From Eledone cirrhosa (lineage: Eukaryota), in the NCBI GenBank assembly GCA_964016885.1, contig OZ024743.1, positions 115,134,001-115,198,000 on the forward strand: a stretch of 64,000 bases of DNA, written 5' to 3'. The notes beneath the pieces are model-generated. The model saw only the letters and a list, made by a program, of their open reading frames with translations, searched no databases and was not told where the DNA came from. Made by a program: the position numbers and the translations under genes. Shown in pieces: positions 40,886-54,919 of the stretch; positions within the stretch are counted from its first letter, which is position 1, and the number at the start of each line of letters is the position of its first letter.

Positions 40886-43635
40886 TGTAGTGGCATTGCA
40901 ACTGACGTGCTAGCGGCGAGAATGGCATTAGACCATTTTTTCAATGCCAAACACGAAGGTTGCATTGTCAGAGCTAAGGCACGTGCGCTGAGAAACGAGG
41001 GAACCAAAGCTGTTCGATGGGCACGCGTGGCGGAGGCGCAGCGTGGTAATAAAACCACAAGTCGGTCTTTGGTGGACCGAGACCGACACGAGATAAGCGA
41101 TTCCAAGCGGATGTGTGAGGCCTTTCGCCAGCACTTTGCTCGGTTGTTCGGGGAGAGTGGCGAGTCAGAGAGAGTAGCGGATATCAGTCCCTACCTTGAC
41201 GGCTTGCCGCGCATCTCGACGGTCGACGCTGAGCGCTGCGAAAGGCCGATTACTTCAGCCGAAATTCAGGACGCCCTTGTCGGCTGCATGAGGCGCAAGT
41301 CACCCGGTTTGGATGGCCTGCACTACGAGCTTTACGTAAATATGCCAGACTTGTTCTCGAACTCCTCGAAGCACTCTACTGTAACTGGCAGCAAAATGGG
41401 AGTATTCCCAGTTCTGTGAGCAGGGGAGTGGTGACGCTGATAAGGAAATACGAGAACAAGAGGGATACATTAGACAACTTCAGGCCCATAACTCTGGTCA
41501 ACACAGAGTTTAAGATTTTGGCCAAGGTGTTAGCAAAGAGATTGGCGCTTGTCGTCGATGATTTGGTTGGGGAGGCGCAAACTTGCGCAATCCCAGCCAG
41601 GTCCATACACGACAATCTTCACCTCATGCGATACATCATAGAAAGGGTAGGGTGTAAACCTGGCTTCGGTGGGGCACTGATTAATTTAGATCAATCGAAA
41701 GCATTCGATAGAGTCGACCATCGGTATCTGGAGTTTGTTCTCAAAGCAGTTGGCTTCGGCCCTGTCTTTAGAAGCTGGATCGCTGCAATGCACAGCGGCA
41801 CACACTCGGTGGTCAAGGTTAATGGCAACCTCTCGGAACCATTTCGGCTCTTTCGATCGGTCCGTCAAGGGTGCCCTCTCTTTTCCCTTCTGTACGTATT
41901 GACTCTCGAGCCTTTACTGCGGAAGCTGGAGCTGTTGCAGGGCATCCCGCTCGAACCGGGACGTGGAAAGGCGGTGTCGGCTTATGCGGACGACATCACC
42001 GTGATGGTGTCGAACACCTCAGAAATCGAGGTGGTCGGCACCTTATTGAAGGAATATGAAAGGTTGGCAGGAGCCAAACTTAACCCAGAAAAGTCGGTGG
42101 GCTTGCAGCTCGGAACCTGGAGAGGCAAGCCCATGCCGTCCAACAGCGTCGTGGGGCTCTGGACGGACGGACCGGTAAAGTTGCTCGGAGTTTGGTTCGG
42201 ACCAGACCTCCAGGTGGAAAAGAATTGGGACGAGGTAACGAGCAGAGTAGCCAGTCTCACCCAAAAATGGGCAGGGAGGAAGCTATCACTGAAAGGTCGC
42301 GCGGAGGTGGCGAAAGCGTACACCGCGTCCGTCATCTACTACCGCCTGACCGTCGTGCCTTGCCCCCGTCCGCGCCTCGTCAAGTTGGTACGGCTCCTCT
42401 TCAAATTCTTGTGGAGGGGACAAGTTCCGTTGGTGAGGCGGTCCATCTGCTGCCAGCACCCTCTACGCGGAAGGCTGGGCATGCCATGGCTAATGATGCG
42501 CAGACATGCGTTGAGGCTGCGATATCTACAGATATTCTGCCTCAACGGTGAACAGGTGTGGTCGCCGTTTATCAGACGGGCCTTTCCGCGGCTCATTTCT
42601 TTGACTGAGCTGCAGTCCAGGGTCAAGAAGGGACCGAGACTGGATGACTGGCACCTGGAATGTTGCCAGGCACTCACTGCCCTCTACCAAGCGGGCAATG
42701 CGATCAGTGGAACTTCCACTCTCGAGTTCTATAGAGGATTAGTGGTGGGAAAGTGCAATGACGCACTCGGAGAAGATTTGGGCCTCGACGAAGTCGAACT
42801 GACCAGTCTGTACCGGAGGACTTTTGAGCCGGGGACGATGGACAATTTCCAGAAATCCCTCGCTTGGAAGTTCTACCGGGGGGCACTGGCGGTTCGGGAT
42901 AAACTCTACAGGCACGGAAGTGCTATCAGACAGACCTGTCCAAGATGCGCACAGAACGACTAAACCGTTCTCCACGCACTTGTCCAATGTCCGTGCATTA
43001 CTGACTTGTGGAGTTATGTCGAACAGCTACTGTCGCGTGTTGAACGAATCCGGCTATCGGCCGAGTCCATAGTGAAGACCGATCCACCGCCTTCCTTAGG
43101 TCAGGAAGAGCAGGAAATTTTCCCCTGTCTGGTGGCAGTTGCAAAAGAGGTTATATGGTAGACCAGGTTAAAAGGACTGAAGACAGACACTTTTCTCTTC
43201 GGCCAATCCCTCATCAACTTCTTCAAGTTTCACCTGGAAAGGAAGGTGAGGGTGGAGAGAGAAGTGCTGCTCCCCAGTACATTTGCTAAAAGGTGGGTGA
43301 ATAAGGCGAGTATGGCTCGTGTGAATAGGCCTACTCTGACCATGCGCCTATAGGCTAGCTAACTTGAGGAGAGAGGTACTCTCCCTGGGTGCCTTAGAAG
43401 ATCAGGGTGGTTCAGGATTGGTGGGGTACCCGAGTCACCCCAGAGTCGTCCACTCCGTATCGGGGAATTTATCTTGTTATATTTATGCATAGTTTATTTT
43501 ATATTTTTTATATTTTCATTGTTAAATTAGTCTTGCCATTGTGCACTTTTACTCGACCTTATTGTAAACCCCCACTGTCCCTGTCTTTGTATTGTCCCCT
43601 ACATGTCGGCCCTTGTGGCTAATAATTGAAATCAT
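40886..43635 (+). mobile_element. 5'-truncated Tx1/L1-clade LINE (RT, zinc knuckle, 3'UTR)
   Basis: KSPGLDG, NFRPITLVNTEFKILAKVLA, LDQSKAFDRVDH, SVRQGCP, AYADD, CPRC. Frameshift near 41400 and a stop at 42963. (ATT)n on both sides. Confidence 0.93.
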
Positions 43636-43705
43636 TATTATTATTATTATTGTTATTAATATATGTGTATGTATATGTATGTGTATTTGTGTATATATAT
43701 GTATG

Positions 43706-43756
<51 letters not shown>

Positions 43757-43760
<4 letters not shown>

Positions 43761-46460
43761 GTTTGTATATGTATAATAAAGCCAAAACAATGCAGGTATG
43801 GACATAGAATAAAGAAAGCAAATGCAAAAGATATTGTTGACAATTAGTCTTTTACCTTAGATTTATTTAAATGTCCTTAATTTTCGATATAATATCTCTT
43901 CTTCAGAGATGGAAGTCCAGTAGGGATAGGGATCCGCGGTCATCGGGTGTTCCATGCTGAACTTTATACTGGCGTCCATGCTGGAGAATGTTGTGTATAT
44001 ATTATCTGCCACCTCACGGGATGATGTAAGGATGAGTATGTCATCTACATATAGGGTGAAGAATGTATGGGAATGGCAGGTGTTGAGGGCTCGGCATTCT
44101 AGCTGGTCCATGTAGGTGATGCCCACTCTGTCCACCACCTGCCAACCGCGATCTTGAAGAAAAACTCTCGAGGCTAAAACATTCCGTATTTAACATCTTA
44201 CGGAAACAGAAGAAGATAGCCCCAAACCTCTCCAGGACACAACAACTCGCCCTGAAGAACCTACGAAATAGGGAACTTATATACTTACCATCCGACAAAG
44301 GTAAAGAGTTTTGCGTCATCTCTCAAGCCACATACAACAACCTAGCCTTTGAACACCTAAGCGACAATGAATTATACACAGAGATCCCGGACATGAGTGC
44401 ATCCCAGATCGAAAAACAGACCAACTCCCTCTGGTTCGATATCTGTAGGAGAAGACAACTCCCAAATAAAGTTAAGCTCAACTACACCACTAGAAATAGC
44501 AGACTGCCCACTTTCTACCACCTCATCAAGACCCACAAGAATACTACTAAGACGCAAATAAGACCCATCGTCTGTAGCATAGAAGGACACCTATACAAAA
44601 TTTCCTGGCTCCTCTCCCAGGTTCTCAAGCCTCTACTCTCCACCTTTCCCGGGCATGTCAGTAGCTCCGACGAAGTTATACGTAGACTACACCAACTCCA
44701 GCCAGAACAACTTAAACTAAATAAATACGCCTTTAGCCTCGACTTTGTCTCTCTCTACACTACAGTCCCCGCTCATCCAGCTGTCGATTTATTGACGGAC
44801 TGCGTGATCACAGAGGACATCCACTGCTACGGCCTCCACCCGACGGACTACACCAGCTTTTGTCCTTCACAGTAGACAACACGTACTTCACCTTCCACCA
44901 CCACACATACAGACAGACAAAAGGATTACCCATGGGATCCAGCCTTTCGGGCCTGCTGGCCATCACCTACATGAACCAGCTAGAAAGCCGAGCCCTCAAC
45001 ACCTGCCATTCCCATACATTCTTCACCCTATATGTAGATGACATACTCATCCTTACATCATCCCGTGAGGTGGCAGATAATATATACACAACATTCTCCA
45101 GCATGGACGCCAGTATAAAGTTCAGCATGGAACACGCCGATGACCGCGGATCCCTATCCCTACTGGACTTCCATCTCAGGGTAACAGAGGAAGGCAACAT
45201 CCACACCTGCTTCTATAAAAAAGCCGCCAGCAGGGACCTGTTCGTACATTTCAGATCGGCCCTCCCACTCGGTGCCAAGTTCGGATACATAAGGAACGAA
45301 CTGGCACGTATCCGGAACAAATGCACCGACGCTAGAGACCGAGACACACACACCACACATTTCCTGGAAGTACTCAAACTGAATGGATACACGACATCCA
45401 CCACAAACTGTGTCAGAAAGATCAGAGGATACCACACCCGAGGCACTAACACTTGCTTCCTGAAGCTCCCACACTTCAGTGAAGAAACAACAACAGCCAT
45501 CCGCAGAGCTATCAGACGAGAGGGACTAGATATCCAAATGGCCCACTCAGGTCCTTCTCTACGCGGACAGTTAACCAAAAGACACTCCACCAGACATGAC
45601 AACTGCTGCAGACTAACCAACTTCCCCATCAGCGACACAGACCTATGCCACCAGGCTTACGTCGTATACAGACTAGAGTGTGACAAATGCAACAACTTCT
45701 ACGTAGGTAGCACCACCAGACCACTCCACATAAGAATAAAAGAACACCTCAATACTAACGCTTCCTCATTTAAGAAACACCTAGTTAAATGCAAAAACAC
45801 CGACAAAACCATAACAGTTAGGATAGAAACTAAGGAAAGAAACCTCGGCAATCTTAGAATTAAGGAAGCACTAATTATAGACAAAACACAACCACCAATC
45901 AATAATAGACTAGAACTCAACACCCAATTTATAACTTGATAGAGATTCTAGCCCCATATTTACACCCACCACACACACACGCACCAACGCACGCACGCAC
46001 ACACACACATACGCGTAAACATCCATTTATTGTCTCTCACACATACACACACACACTCACACCTTCATGCATTCTCCCACACACTTAAACAGGCATGTAT
46101 AAAAAAAAACCCAAAACAAAAACAAACCTCTTTTGAAAGGAGACTACTCTTTATCCACCTAATCTTAACTCTTTGACATTAGAGATAGAACAGATACTCT
46201 ATACCATTTCCTGTCAGCATGACTTGGCAAGCTATTTAGAACACTGGTTTGAGAACTTTACTTCCCTCTGAAGAAGTGATATTATCTCGAAAATTAAGAA
46301 CATTTAAATAAATCTAAGGTAAAAGACTAATTGTCAACAATATCTTTTGCATTTGCATTCTTTATTCTCTGTCCATACCTGCATTGTTTTGGCTTTATTA
46401 TACATATACAAATGTTATACCTCATTACACAATGCTTCAAGTGAACTATAACCTCCTCCT
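43757..46460 (+). mobile_element. Penelope-like element (RT + GIY-YIG) with 3' pLTR and inverted 5' duplicate
   Basis: Motifs PSDKG, FYHLIKTHK, RPIV, SLDFVSLYT, GLPMGSSLS, YVDD and VVYRLEC..C..FYVGSTTRPLHIRIKEH (44130-45939, one frameshift near 44850). 43757-43908 is the reverse complement of 46266-46415. Confidence 0.95.
46264..46300 (+). ncRNA. Minimal hammerhead motif in the Penelope pLTR
   Basis: ccct-CTGAAGA-a-gtgat-att-atctc-GAAA-at-TA-aga. The inverted copy at ~43873-43908 has gagat and agga, so the consensus has intact stems. Confidence 0.65.
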
Positions 46461-47880
46461 ATATATATATATATATATATAATTTATTTATTTATTTTTA
46501 TTTATTTATTTTATTTTATTTTTTTCTTGTGCAATGGCCATACTCGATAACGAGGGGGCAGCCATCATGTATGTATGCATGCATTTATGTATCAGTGTAT
46601 GTATGTATGTATGTATGTATGTATGTATGTATGTATGCATGGATACATGTATATATGTAAGTATGTATGCGTCTATGTATTTATGCAAGTGTGTCTATAC
46701 ATGAATGTGTGTGTATAACGTTTGCGTGTATATGTGTTACTTCTAGGAAGCTCACACGGAGAATTAGTGAAATGATTTGCAAATATTCTCTGAACCATGA
46801 ATTCATTAGATTTGGAGAAAGTGATACTGCACACCTTATGGCTTTACTTTATCAACTCAACCAAATGGGAAGGGAATAATAATGTATGGCTCTCTCACAG
46901 CGAATCTAAATACAAAAACACTTCAACACAGGAAATCGAAGCTACTTCCATCACACAACAAAGGATTTGTAATTTTACAATAACCGTTCGTCATTACTAC
47001 AACCCGTTTTAATGCCCAAAACTTTAAAGCTTCTAGAACAAACGTCAGTTTTCCCAGAAAAAAATCCCAAAGTTTGTTAGTTGATAATAGTTTACATCCG
47101 CCAAAGATTCTCAACGGGGGACATATACCCCCCATCCCCGGCGGGCGTTTCGTAGCTCCATTGGAGCGTTTTGGAGCAAGGGAGCGTAGAGGGGGGGGGG
47201 TGAAACTTGGCGCGCTGGAAGGCTCTTAACATTGGGACATTTTATAAGCCAATGCGAATGCATTTGAATGAAGAAAACGAAGAAAATAAATAAAAGAAGT
47301 TTGTTTTTTCTTTATCTCCATAGGGAGAAAAAGGAAAAGTGAAAAGAAAAAATGAAAATATGGGCAACATCAACTATGGCAACAATTACAAGAACAACTT
47401 CAACAGAAATGACAAGAAAAAGAAGCAATGGTGATGAAAAATGTGGGTGTATACTTATACATACATGCGAACTTACACGCGCATGCATACGTACATACAT
47501 ACACACATACACATATGTACACAGGCAGGCCGGCGTCGGTGTTTGATGAGACTGAAAAACTGTGGTAGTTAATATCCCTAGGTAATAAAATCTTGAGTCA
47601 AAATTCTGTCCTTACAAAAAAAAAACATAAATCAAGTCACGTATACACACACTTAAATAGGAATGCATGCATATATACAAATATATAAATGTATAGTTAT
47701 ATACATACGTAAGTATGTAGATAGATCTCAATGTAATCCAGTACCATCCATAGAGAAGTCCTGTGTTTCGCTGAGTTAATTCTTTAGATACAGAGTCAGA
47801 TATTAGGTATTAAATTAACAATGAAAATAAAAACAACAAAATTATGAAGTAATTTGACTTTGTTGTTTTTATTTTTATTG

Positions 47881-47934
<54 letters not shown>

Positions 47935-47939
47935 TATAC

Positions 47940-48165
47940 GCAGTGTGACAAGAAGATTGCATTCCAACAACATGTTTCCGGATTCAGTCCCACTGCCCGG
48001 GTCGAATAAAGCCCTCTGAGTGGATTTGATAGACCGAAACTAAAAGAAGCGCGTCGTGTGTGCCTTTGCGTTTGTGTTTGCCCTCCCACCTATGCTTGTT
48101 GGTTTGTTGACGTCCTTATAACTTACCAAGGTGATGCTCCAGCATGGGCGTAGTCCAGAGACAGA
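47940..48165 (+). mobile_element. Decayed second SINE family fragment
   Basis: B-box-like ggattcagtcccactgc plus gagtggatttgatagaccgaaactaaaagaagc, resembling a recalled octopus SINE body. Confidence 0.45.
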
Positions 48166-48185
48166 AACAAAGTAAAGTGTATATA

Positions 48186-48225
<40 letters not shown>

Positions 48226-48675
48226 AGAGGGGTCTCAAACTCAAGGACATGAAAGGGACATTACATCCTGAAGGAGAGGCACCGTGGGCCAAACGTGATG
48301 GTGGGTGATGATTTTCACCAGTTATTATCATTTCTACTATAGGCGCAAGGCATGAAATTTGGGGTTTAGGGTCCCATCGATTACATCGAACCCAGTTTAC
48401 AACTGGTACTCAACTTAACGACCCCCAAAATGATGAAAGGCAAAGTTGAGATCGGCGGAATTTGAACTCAGAACGTAAAAACGGAAGAGGTACCGCTAAT
48501 TATTTCGCCAGATGTGTTAACTATTTCACCAGCTCCTCGCCTTATTTTCACCATAATGCAATCTAAAATATTGCTTCTCCCACGGTCCATAGAAAAGTAG
48601 TTCCCGGGCCGCATGTTTGAACCCCCTGGTGGAGAGATAGATAGACATGTACCAAACACACACATTCCTTCTCTC

Positions 48676-48719
<44 letters not shown>

Positions 48720-49135
48720 AAATAAGCTTTTGCTTCAAGCATAGCTTTATACAAATATGTATAGAAATTTCGTATTTCTAAAGAAACACGGTTTTAGGAA
48801 GCCGTAGCTTTGCAAACACCGCGGCTAACGCCCTCTGGTGATGACCAGCAGTAGCAAGGGGGACAACCGTCTATGCATTTCAGGCTTGACTGGCCTTCTT
48901 CAGGGCCGACCCTCCCACCACTTGCGACTGCTGGACTTGAAAACAGTCGAGAATATATAGTTTTCTCGTCTGTGAAAATGAGGTGATTAATCTCATTTGC
49001 ATATGAAGTTGCATAAGTTGGCTCAACTTATAATAGAAAAGAAATAAGATTTCGCTTCAAGCATAGCTTTATACAAATATGTATAGAAATGTCGTATTTC
49101 TATAGAAACACGATTTTAGGAAGCCGTAGCTATAT
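48720..49135 (-). mobile_element. Partial-tandem pLTR-like element, family G, hammerhead at 48867-48908
   Basis: Direct repeats at ~48732-48810 and ~49054-49130. Minus-strand core CTGAAGA-aggc-cagtcaa-gcct-GAAA-tgca-TA. Relatives at 14655-14770 and 15398-15690. Confidence 0.7.
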
Positions 49136-49328
49136 GCATATATATATAATCATTTATGTGATTTACTGTGTTTAGAGTACCATTGATAATAACTGTATGA
49201 CTACAGAGCAAGATAACGTAATAAACATGCACACGAATGTACACATGTGTATGTATATATGCATATGTATATATATAAATATATATATCCATATATATAA
49301 ATATATAAATGCACTCACACACATATAC

Positions 49329-49750
<422 letters not shown>

Positions 49751-52700
49751 GAGGAGGAGAATATATATATATATATACATATACACACATATATTCATGT
49801 ATGTATTTTATTTCTACAATTTGTTGTAATTCTGGAAAAGAGTGTGATTTTCCAATCTCTTCTGATGTGTAATTATGACTAGTAAAAATGATGCCGTTTT
49901 GCACAATACTATATTTTAATCCATAAAACATTCTAATTAATTCCTAGAGCGATAATAAAGTTCTTTGTAACCGAAACTAGCATATATTGTCTCGTATCTA
50001 TTTTCCATTTTGTTTTATTTCCTATTTAATTAAATTTCTGCATTTCTTTTGTCATAAACATGTACTTTGAATTGCTGAATCATATTTCCACCAATACTTT
50101 CAAAATCCAGCTTTTGGTTCGTTTTACTTAACTTATTGAGTAATTAAAGCATAAACGTGACGATAAATGTAGCTTTTAGAAGAATACGTAAATATATCAG
50201 ATATTTTTGTCTGATTTTTTTTGTTTTCCGTTAGTTATGCTATACATTTTCATTTGTTATAGGCAACGAATTGGCAGAATCATTAGAACGTTGGATAGAA
50301 TGTTTTGTGATATTCGTCCAGTCTTTTGAGCTCTTATTAAAATTCCTGGGAAACTTCGAATATCACTATATTTACCATACGTTTCCATCTGCGTTTTATA
50401 GACTAGTTAATTTGTTCAGACTGAGGTCATCTCTTAGTTACGAGAACTATATCGAAATGTGTTTTATTACTAACGAACCCGATTTTTCTATGTATGGGAT
50501 ATTGTCCAACATTGCCGTTCCTTGTTTAGACAATATTTATTGCCTTGAGTTTACGTGGCTACCGTTTTTTGAGAAGTTATGTGGTCATGGTAACGTTGTC
50601 TTGTTAACTCATATTGGAACCTAGCAAAATCAACTACCGAGAGTGATGCATCTTCAACACAGAATTTAGATTGCAATGATAGCTCGGAAACTTCGAGAGG
50701 AAACTACCACAACAAAAGGGAATAGACCTACAATTAAATCAATATCTTCGTACAAGGTTAATTAACAACGCAGTGTCAAATTTCTGCACGTTTGTTTTGT
50801 CTACTTTTATCGCTGTTCAGTGCTTTTTGATTCGCCTCTGTGATCAAAGCCATTGCAAGCGTGAAGATACAAACGTTTTCTAGATATGTTTATCGTGAAC
50901 TATAGTGGCCAATGTTTTTCTCCTTCTAAGTGAAATAGTGTATGATTTTATGCAGATTTCATAGATATTTCTTACATGTGTAAACCCTCGCAGGTAACGC
51001 CTATGTAAAGATAAATAAGACATTGTCAACATATATATAAAGAAACAATTTTGCTGGGAACGAAGGTTGCAACTTAATTTCTTTTGATGCTGGTTAAAAG
51101 ATCGGAAGCAAAACCTGAACAGGAAAGTTCTGGATTGAAATGTGTTTGTAAAATTACACAAAATCATAAACGGCTATACATTTTCTGTGAGAAGACATCT
51201 TTAAGAAAGAATTGAAACCAAACTCGCTTATCACCCAACGTAAAGCAGACAACACAGTGCCGTAGGAAATATAATTTGAAATGTTATCAATTTTCTCAAA
51301 CAGAATTTCTATTATATTCAGCTGTCTTTTATCGATTGGAAATTGGATAGCTGAGGTGGAATAATTTAAAAATATATCCCTATCGGCAGTATTCTTTCCT
51401 GTAGAATAATATCTCAAAAGTATATAAGCTTTTGCTCGATACAACATTTGCAATGTTAGATGGATTGTAAATTAATGATTAATATCGTCGAGTGATTACA
51501 AAATTTCATTTACACCAGTCAACAGTTACTATTGTTAAAATATCATCAATAAGATTCAACAAAACTATATTGAAATACAGTGTGTAGAGGCCATTGACAT
51601 TTCGAATATACGTATTACAAGTTACAACATATTATATTGTTTCTAATTTAGACACAAGGCCACCAAATTTAGAGAAAGAGAAAGTCGAATAAATCTCAGT
51701 ATTTGACTGGTCGTTTATTTTAACGAGCAAGGTGTATAAATGTTATTCTTATTTCGGTTATAGGTCAGCTACAGCTTATGATGATATTTGTATCTGGAAC
51801 TTTCTTTGTCACGACAATCACTAAATTAAAATAGATAAGATATTTATTCGAACAAACACGAGAATTCAGTCATATATATTAGATCCAACGTTGTAGATTT
51901 TATGCAAAATTTGATAAATCTTGACATTTTAATGATTTATATTTCACATCTCATGTGGATATCTTATTTGTGGTATAGTGGTTACAAATTATCCCTTCTG
52001 CCACAGAATTAAAAAAATAACTCTTTCTTCTGTATCAACACGAAGACCCATCCTTTGGCCGTAAGTCCAGATAAAATTCCCCGTTTCGAAAATGAAAAAG
52101 AGTGCCCTTTGTAGTTTTCTGCTGGCCTGATGGACACAACACTTCAGTCCCGCGATCTACGTTATCTTCGTTGTTTATTCTTGAAATGTTTTTCTGGCAA
52201 CTGTCTATCCTGCTGTTGATTTTAATTTTTGTATGATAGCGACAACAATTAATGACAATGTAATAGACAGGCTCAACTGAAAATCTAATCTGTCAAAATT
52301 ACCTAATCAACTGAACATGGACATATATCGAAAATAGCTACTGTAATCATGACAAATTCCGAACTAATAACAACTAATAGTTGTAGTATTAGTAGATTAT
52401 CATCACAAGACACATTATATAGAAACGAAAAAATTCAGTTCTTTTACATCTTTGTTGTGATGTGATTTTCGATCTAACGTATACAAAATTACGTGAGGAA
52501 ATTTAGTTATTTATAAAGAATCAGAAAATTCTATATTAACTTGCAAATAGCAGGTGAAACTACTAAACACCTTTGAAGTCTAATTCAATCTACAAACCTG
52601 TTTCAAGAAAAATCTTGACCTAATGTCTAAACTATATAATTTATAGATTCAGAAACTTCAAAAACTCTTAAGCGAAAGTGTTACATTACTAAATAATTCA

Positions 52701-53113
52701 TTCACGTCAATGGGGGCATGTTTTTTTTTTTCTCGAAATTCCGGTGGGAAATTTCTTGTGGTAGATTTCACTTTCGATGTGTACAGACCATGAGGCTTAT
52801 CCGGTCAATTCTATAGATAATCTTATATATCACTATATGTTATAGTATAATTTATCTCAGTAGCACATATTATTAAGTCGAAACGAGGGTGGTGGTTTGA
52901 TAGACTCATTAAATCGTCGGACAAATGCGTAGCGGTACTTTCTCTAGTTCAAAACGTTCTGTGTTCAAATTCCACCAAAGTCAAATTATATATTTCATCC
53001 TTTCGGGGTTAATACGGGGTTAACTAAGTACTGGGGACACATCTATTGACTTGTCTCCCTTATGTTGCTGGACTTGTGCCTAAATTAGAAATCATTATCT
53101 AATTGATACAAAG

Positions 53114-53301
53114 GGCGGTGGATTGGCAGTATCGGTAGAGGGTCGGACGCCATGCTTTCCAGCATAGTTACGTCCCTTTACGATCTGAGTTCAAATCCCG
53201 CCGAGGTTGACTTTGCCTTTCATCCTTACGGGGTCGATAAAATAAAGTACCAGTAATGCACTGGGTAATTGCTGGCCTTGTGCCTAAAGTAGAAACAATT
53301 A
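53114..53301 (+). mobile_element. Full-length young SINE with 17-bp TSD
   Basis: TSD attatctaattgataca at 53094-53110 and 53298-53314. Confidence 0.92.
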
Positions 53302-53589
53302 TCTAATTGATACATTACCAGCGTTAAATCATATATGGTATTTGTAGCTGCTGTGTCTGTATGGATTTATTCGAGTTTCTATAAGCTTATGAACTATATA
53401 TCAGTGATCCAGCAAGTCATCAACGAATTTATCAAGGGAAATATTCGTAATTGTAGTAATTGTATTTATTCATATTTGAATGATCTCCAAATTTGTAATG
53501 AAACAAAATTAGAGCATTATAATTTACAAATGTCTTTAAAATGAGAAATGTAATAATCTGAACTAAACAAAAACAAATGTAAATGTAAT

Positions 53590-53800
53590 GTAACATCTTG
53601 TCGAGAAGTTCAAGAATCACGGGGGTGGGGTCGCGTTCATGAGTGATATGAGACAGGGGGCTGAATTAAGTTCAATAATTGCAAGAACTGATGCAGTAAT
53701 GCGCCTGCTTTAGCATTCGTTAATCAGAAGAAGCGAGGTAGATGTAAAAGCCAAACTCGCTATCTTTAATTCGGTATTCAAACCAACACTAATACCTTCT
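53590..53800 (+). mobile_element. Decayed RTE RT-thumb fragment
   Basis: VEKFK..GVAFMSD...AVMRLL.HSLIRRSEVDVKAKLAIFNSVFKPTL. Confidence 0.6.
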
Positions 53801-54749
53801 TACATTATTTCCACAAGGAGAATTACGTGCATATCCAGGATGTTTTTCTCCTCATGGTGAGCTATTTGCATCGCAAAATAATAAAGAATTACAATAGACA
53901 CTCCGTTCCTCTACGTTCAATAATGAATTTATACTTTGCTATTTGTATAAAATTCGTCTGGTTGTAACTCTATCGGAGATGCACTATATGTGAAAATTTT
54001 CCTTTCAATAATATTTATTTCTAATCTAGGCACAAATGACAACAATTTGTGGGGAAGAGAATGTCCATTGTACTGATCGTAGTACTTTAACTGTGTTTAT
54101 TTTATCGATTATCAACTCGGGTGTATGAAAGGTAAAGTTGACTTCGGCGGGATTTGAACTCAGAATGGAAAGGGCCCATATTGCTAAATAATGGTTTTCG
54201 ATTTAGGCAAATGTCTACCAAATTTGCGGGAGGGAAAAATCGATTGAAACGTCACCAGTTCGTTACAGGTACTTTATTTATCCACCCTATACTTATAAAA
54301 AGCAAAGCTGGCCTCGGCGGGATTTGAGCGCAGAACACAAATGGACGTAACTATATGACGCAAAGCATTATATTTGACCCTCTACCGATAATGCCAATCA
54401 ATCATATTGCTAAGGAATGTTTCTAATTTAGAAACATGGCCAATAATTTTGGGGGTGAGGCAAGTCAGTTATACCAATACCAGTTCTGGTATTGTATGCA
54501 ATATTTTTTTATTCTTGTAATCTAATACCCTTTTTATTTCAAATAATATTAATCTTGCAGCTGTTACAGAAATCGAACATAATTTACTTTTTTAATATTG
54601 AAACACCTGCTACTGATTAAATTAACCCGGTAGAATTGTAGCATTTTTTAACTACATTAAATACTTCGAAAAAAAGATATATTGTCAAAAATAGAGTTTA
54701 TGCAGATATGAATTTTATGAGAAAATTGAAGTACTTTCCGGAAGAAACA

Positions 54750-54832
<83 letters not shown>

Positions 54833-54858
54833 ATATATATATATATTATATATATATA

Positions 54859-54919
<61 letters not shown>

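Noticed and set aside
50600-52300. Possible decayed hAT-like transposase on the minus strand (LLNLIDDILTIV, CCVHQ)
   Set aside because: Motifs are too fragmentary and no TIRs were found. Needs tBLASTx against Repbase.
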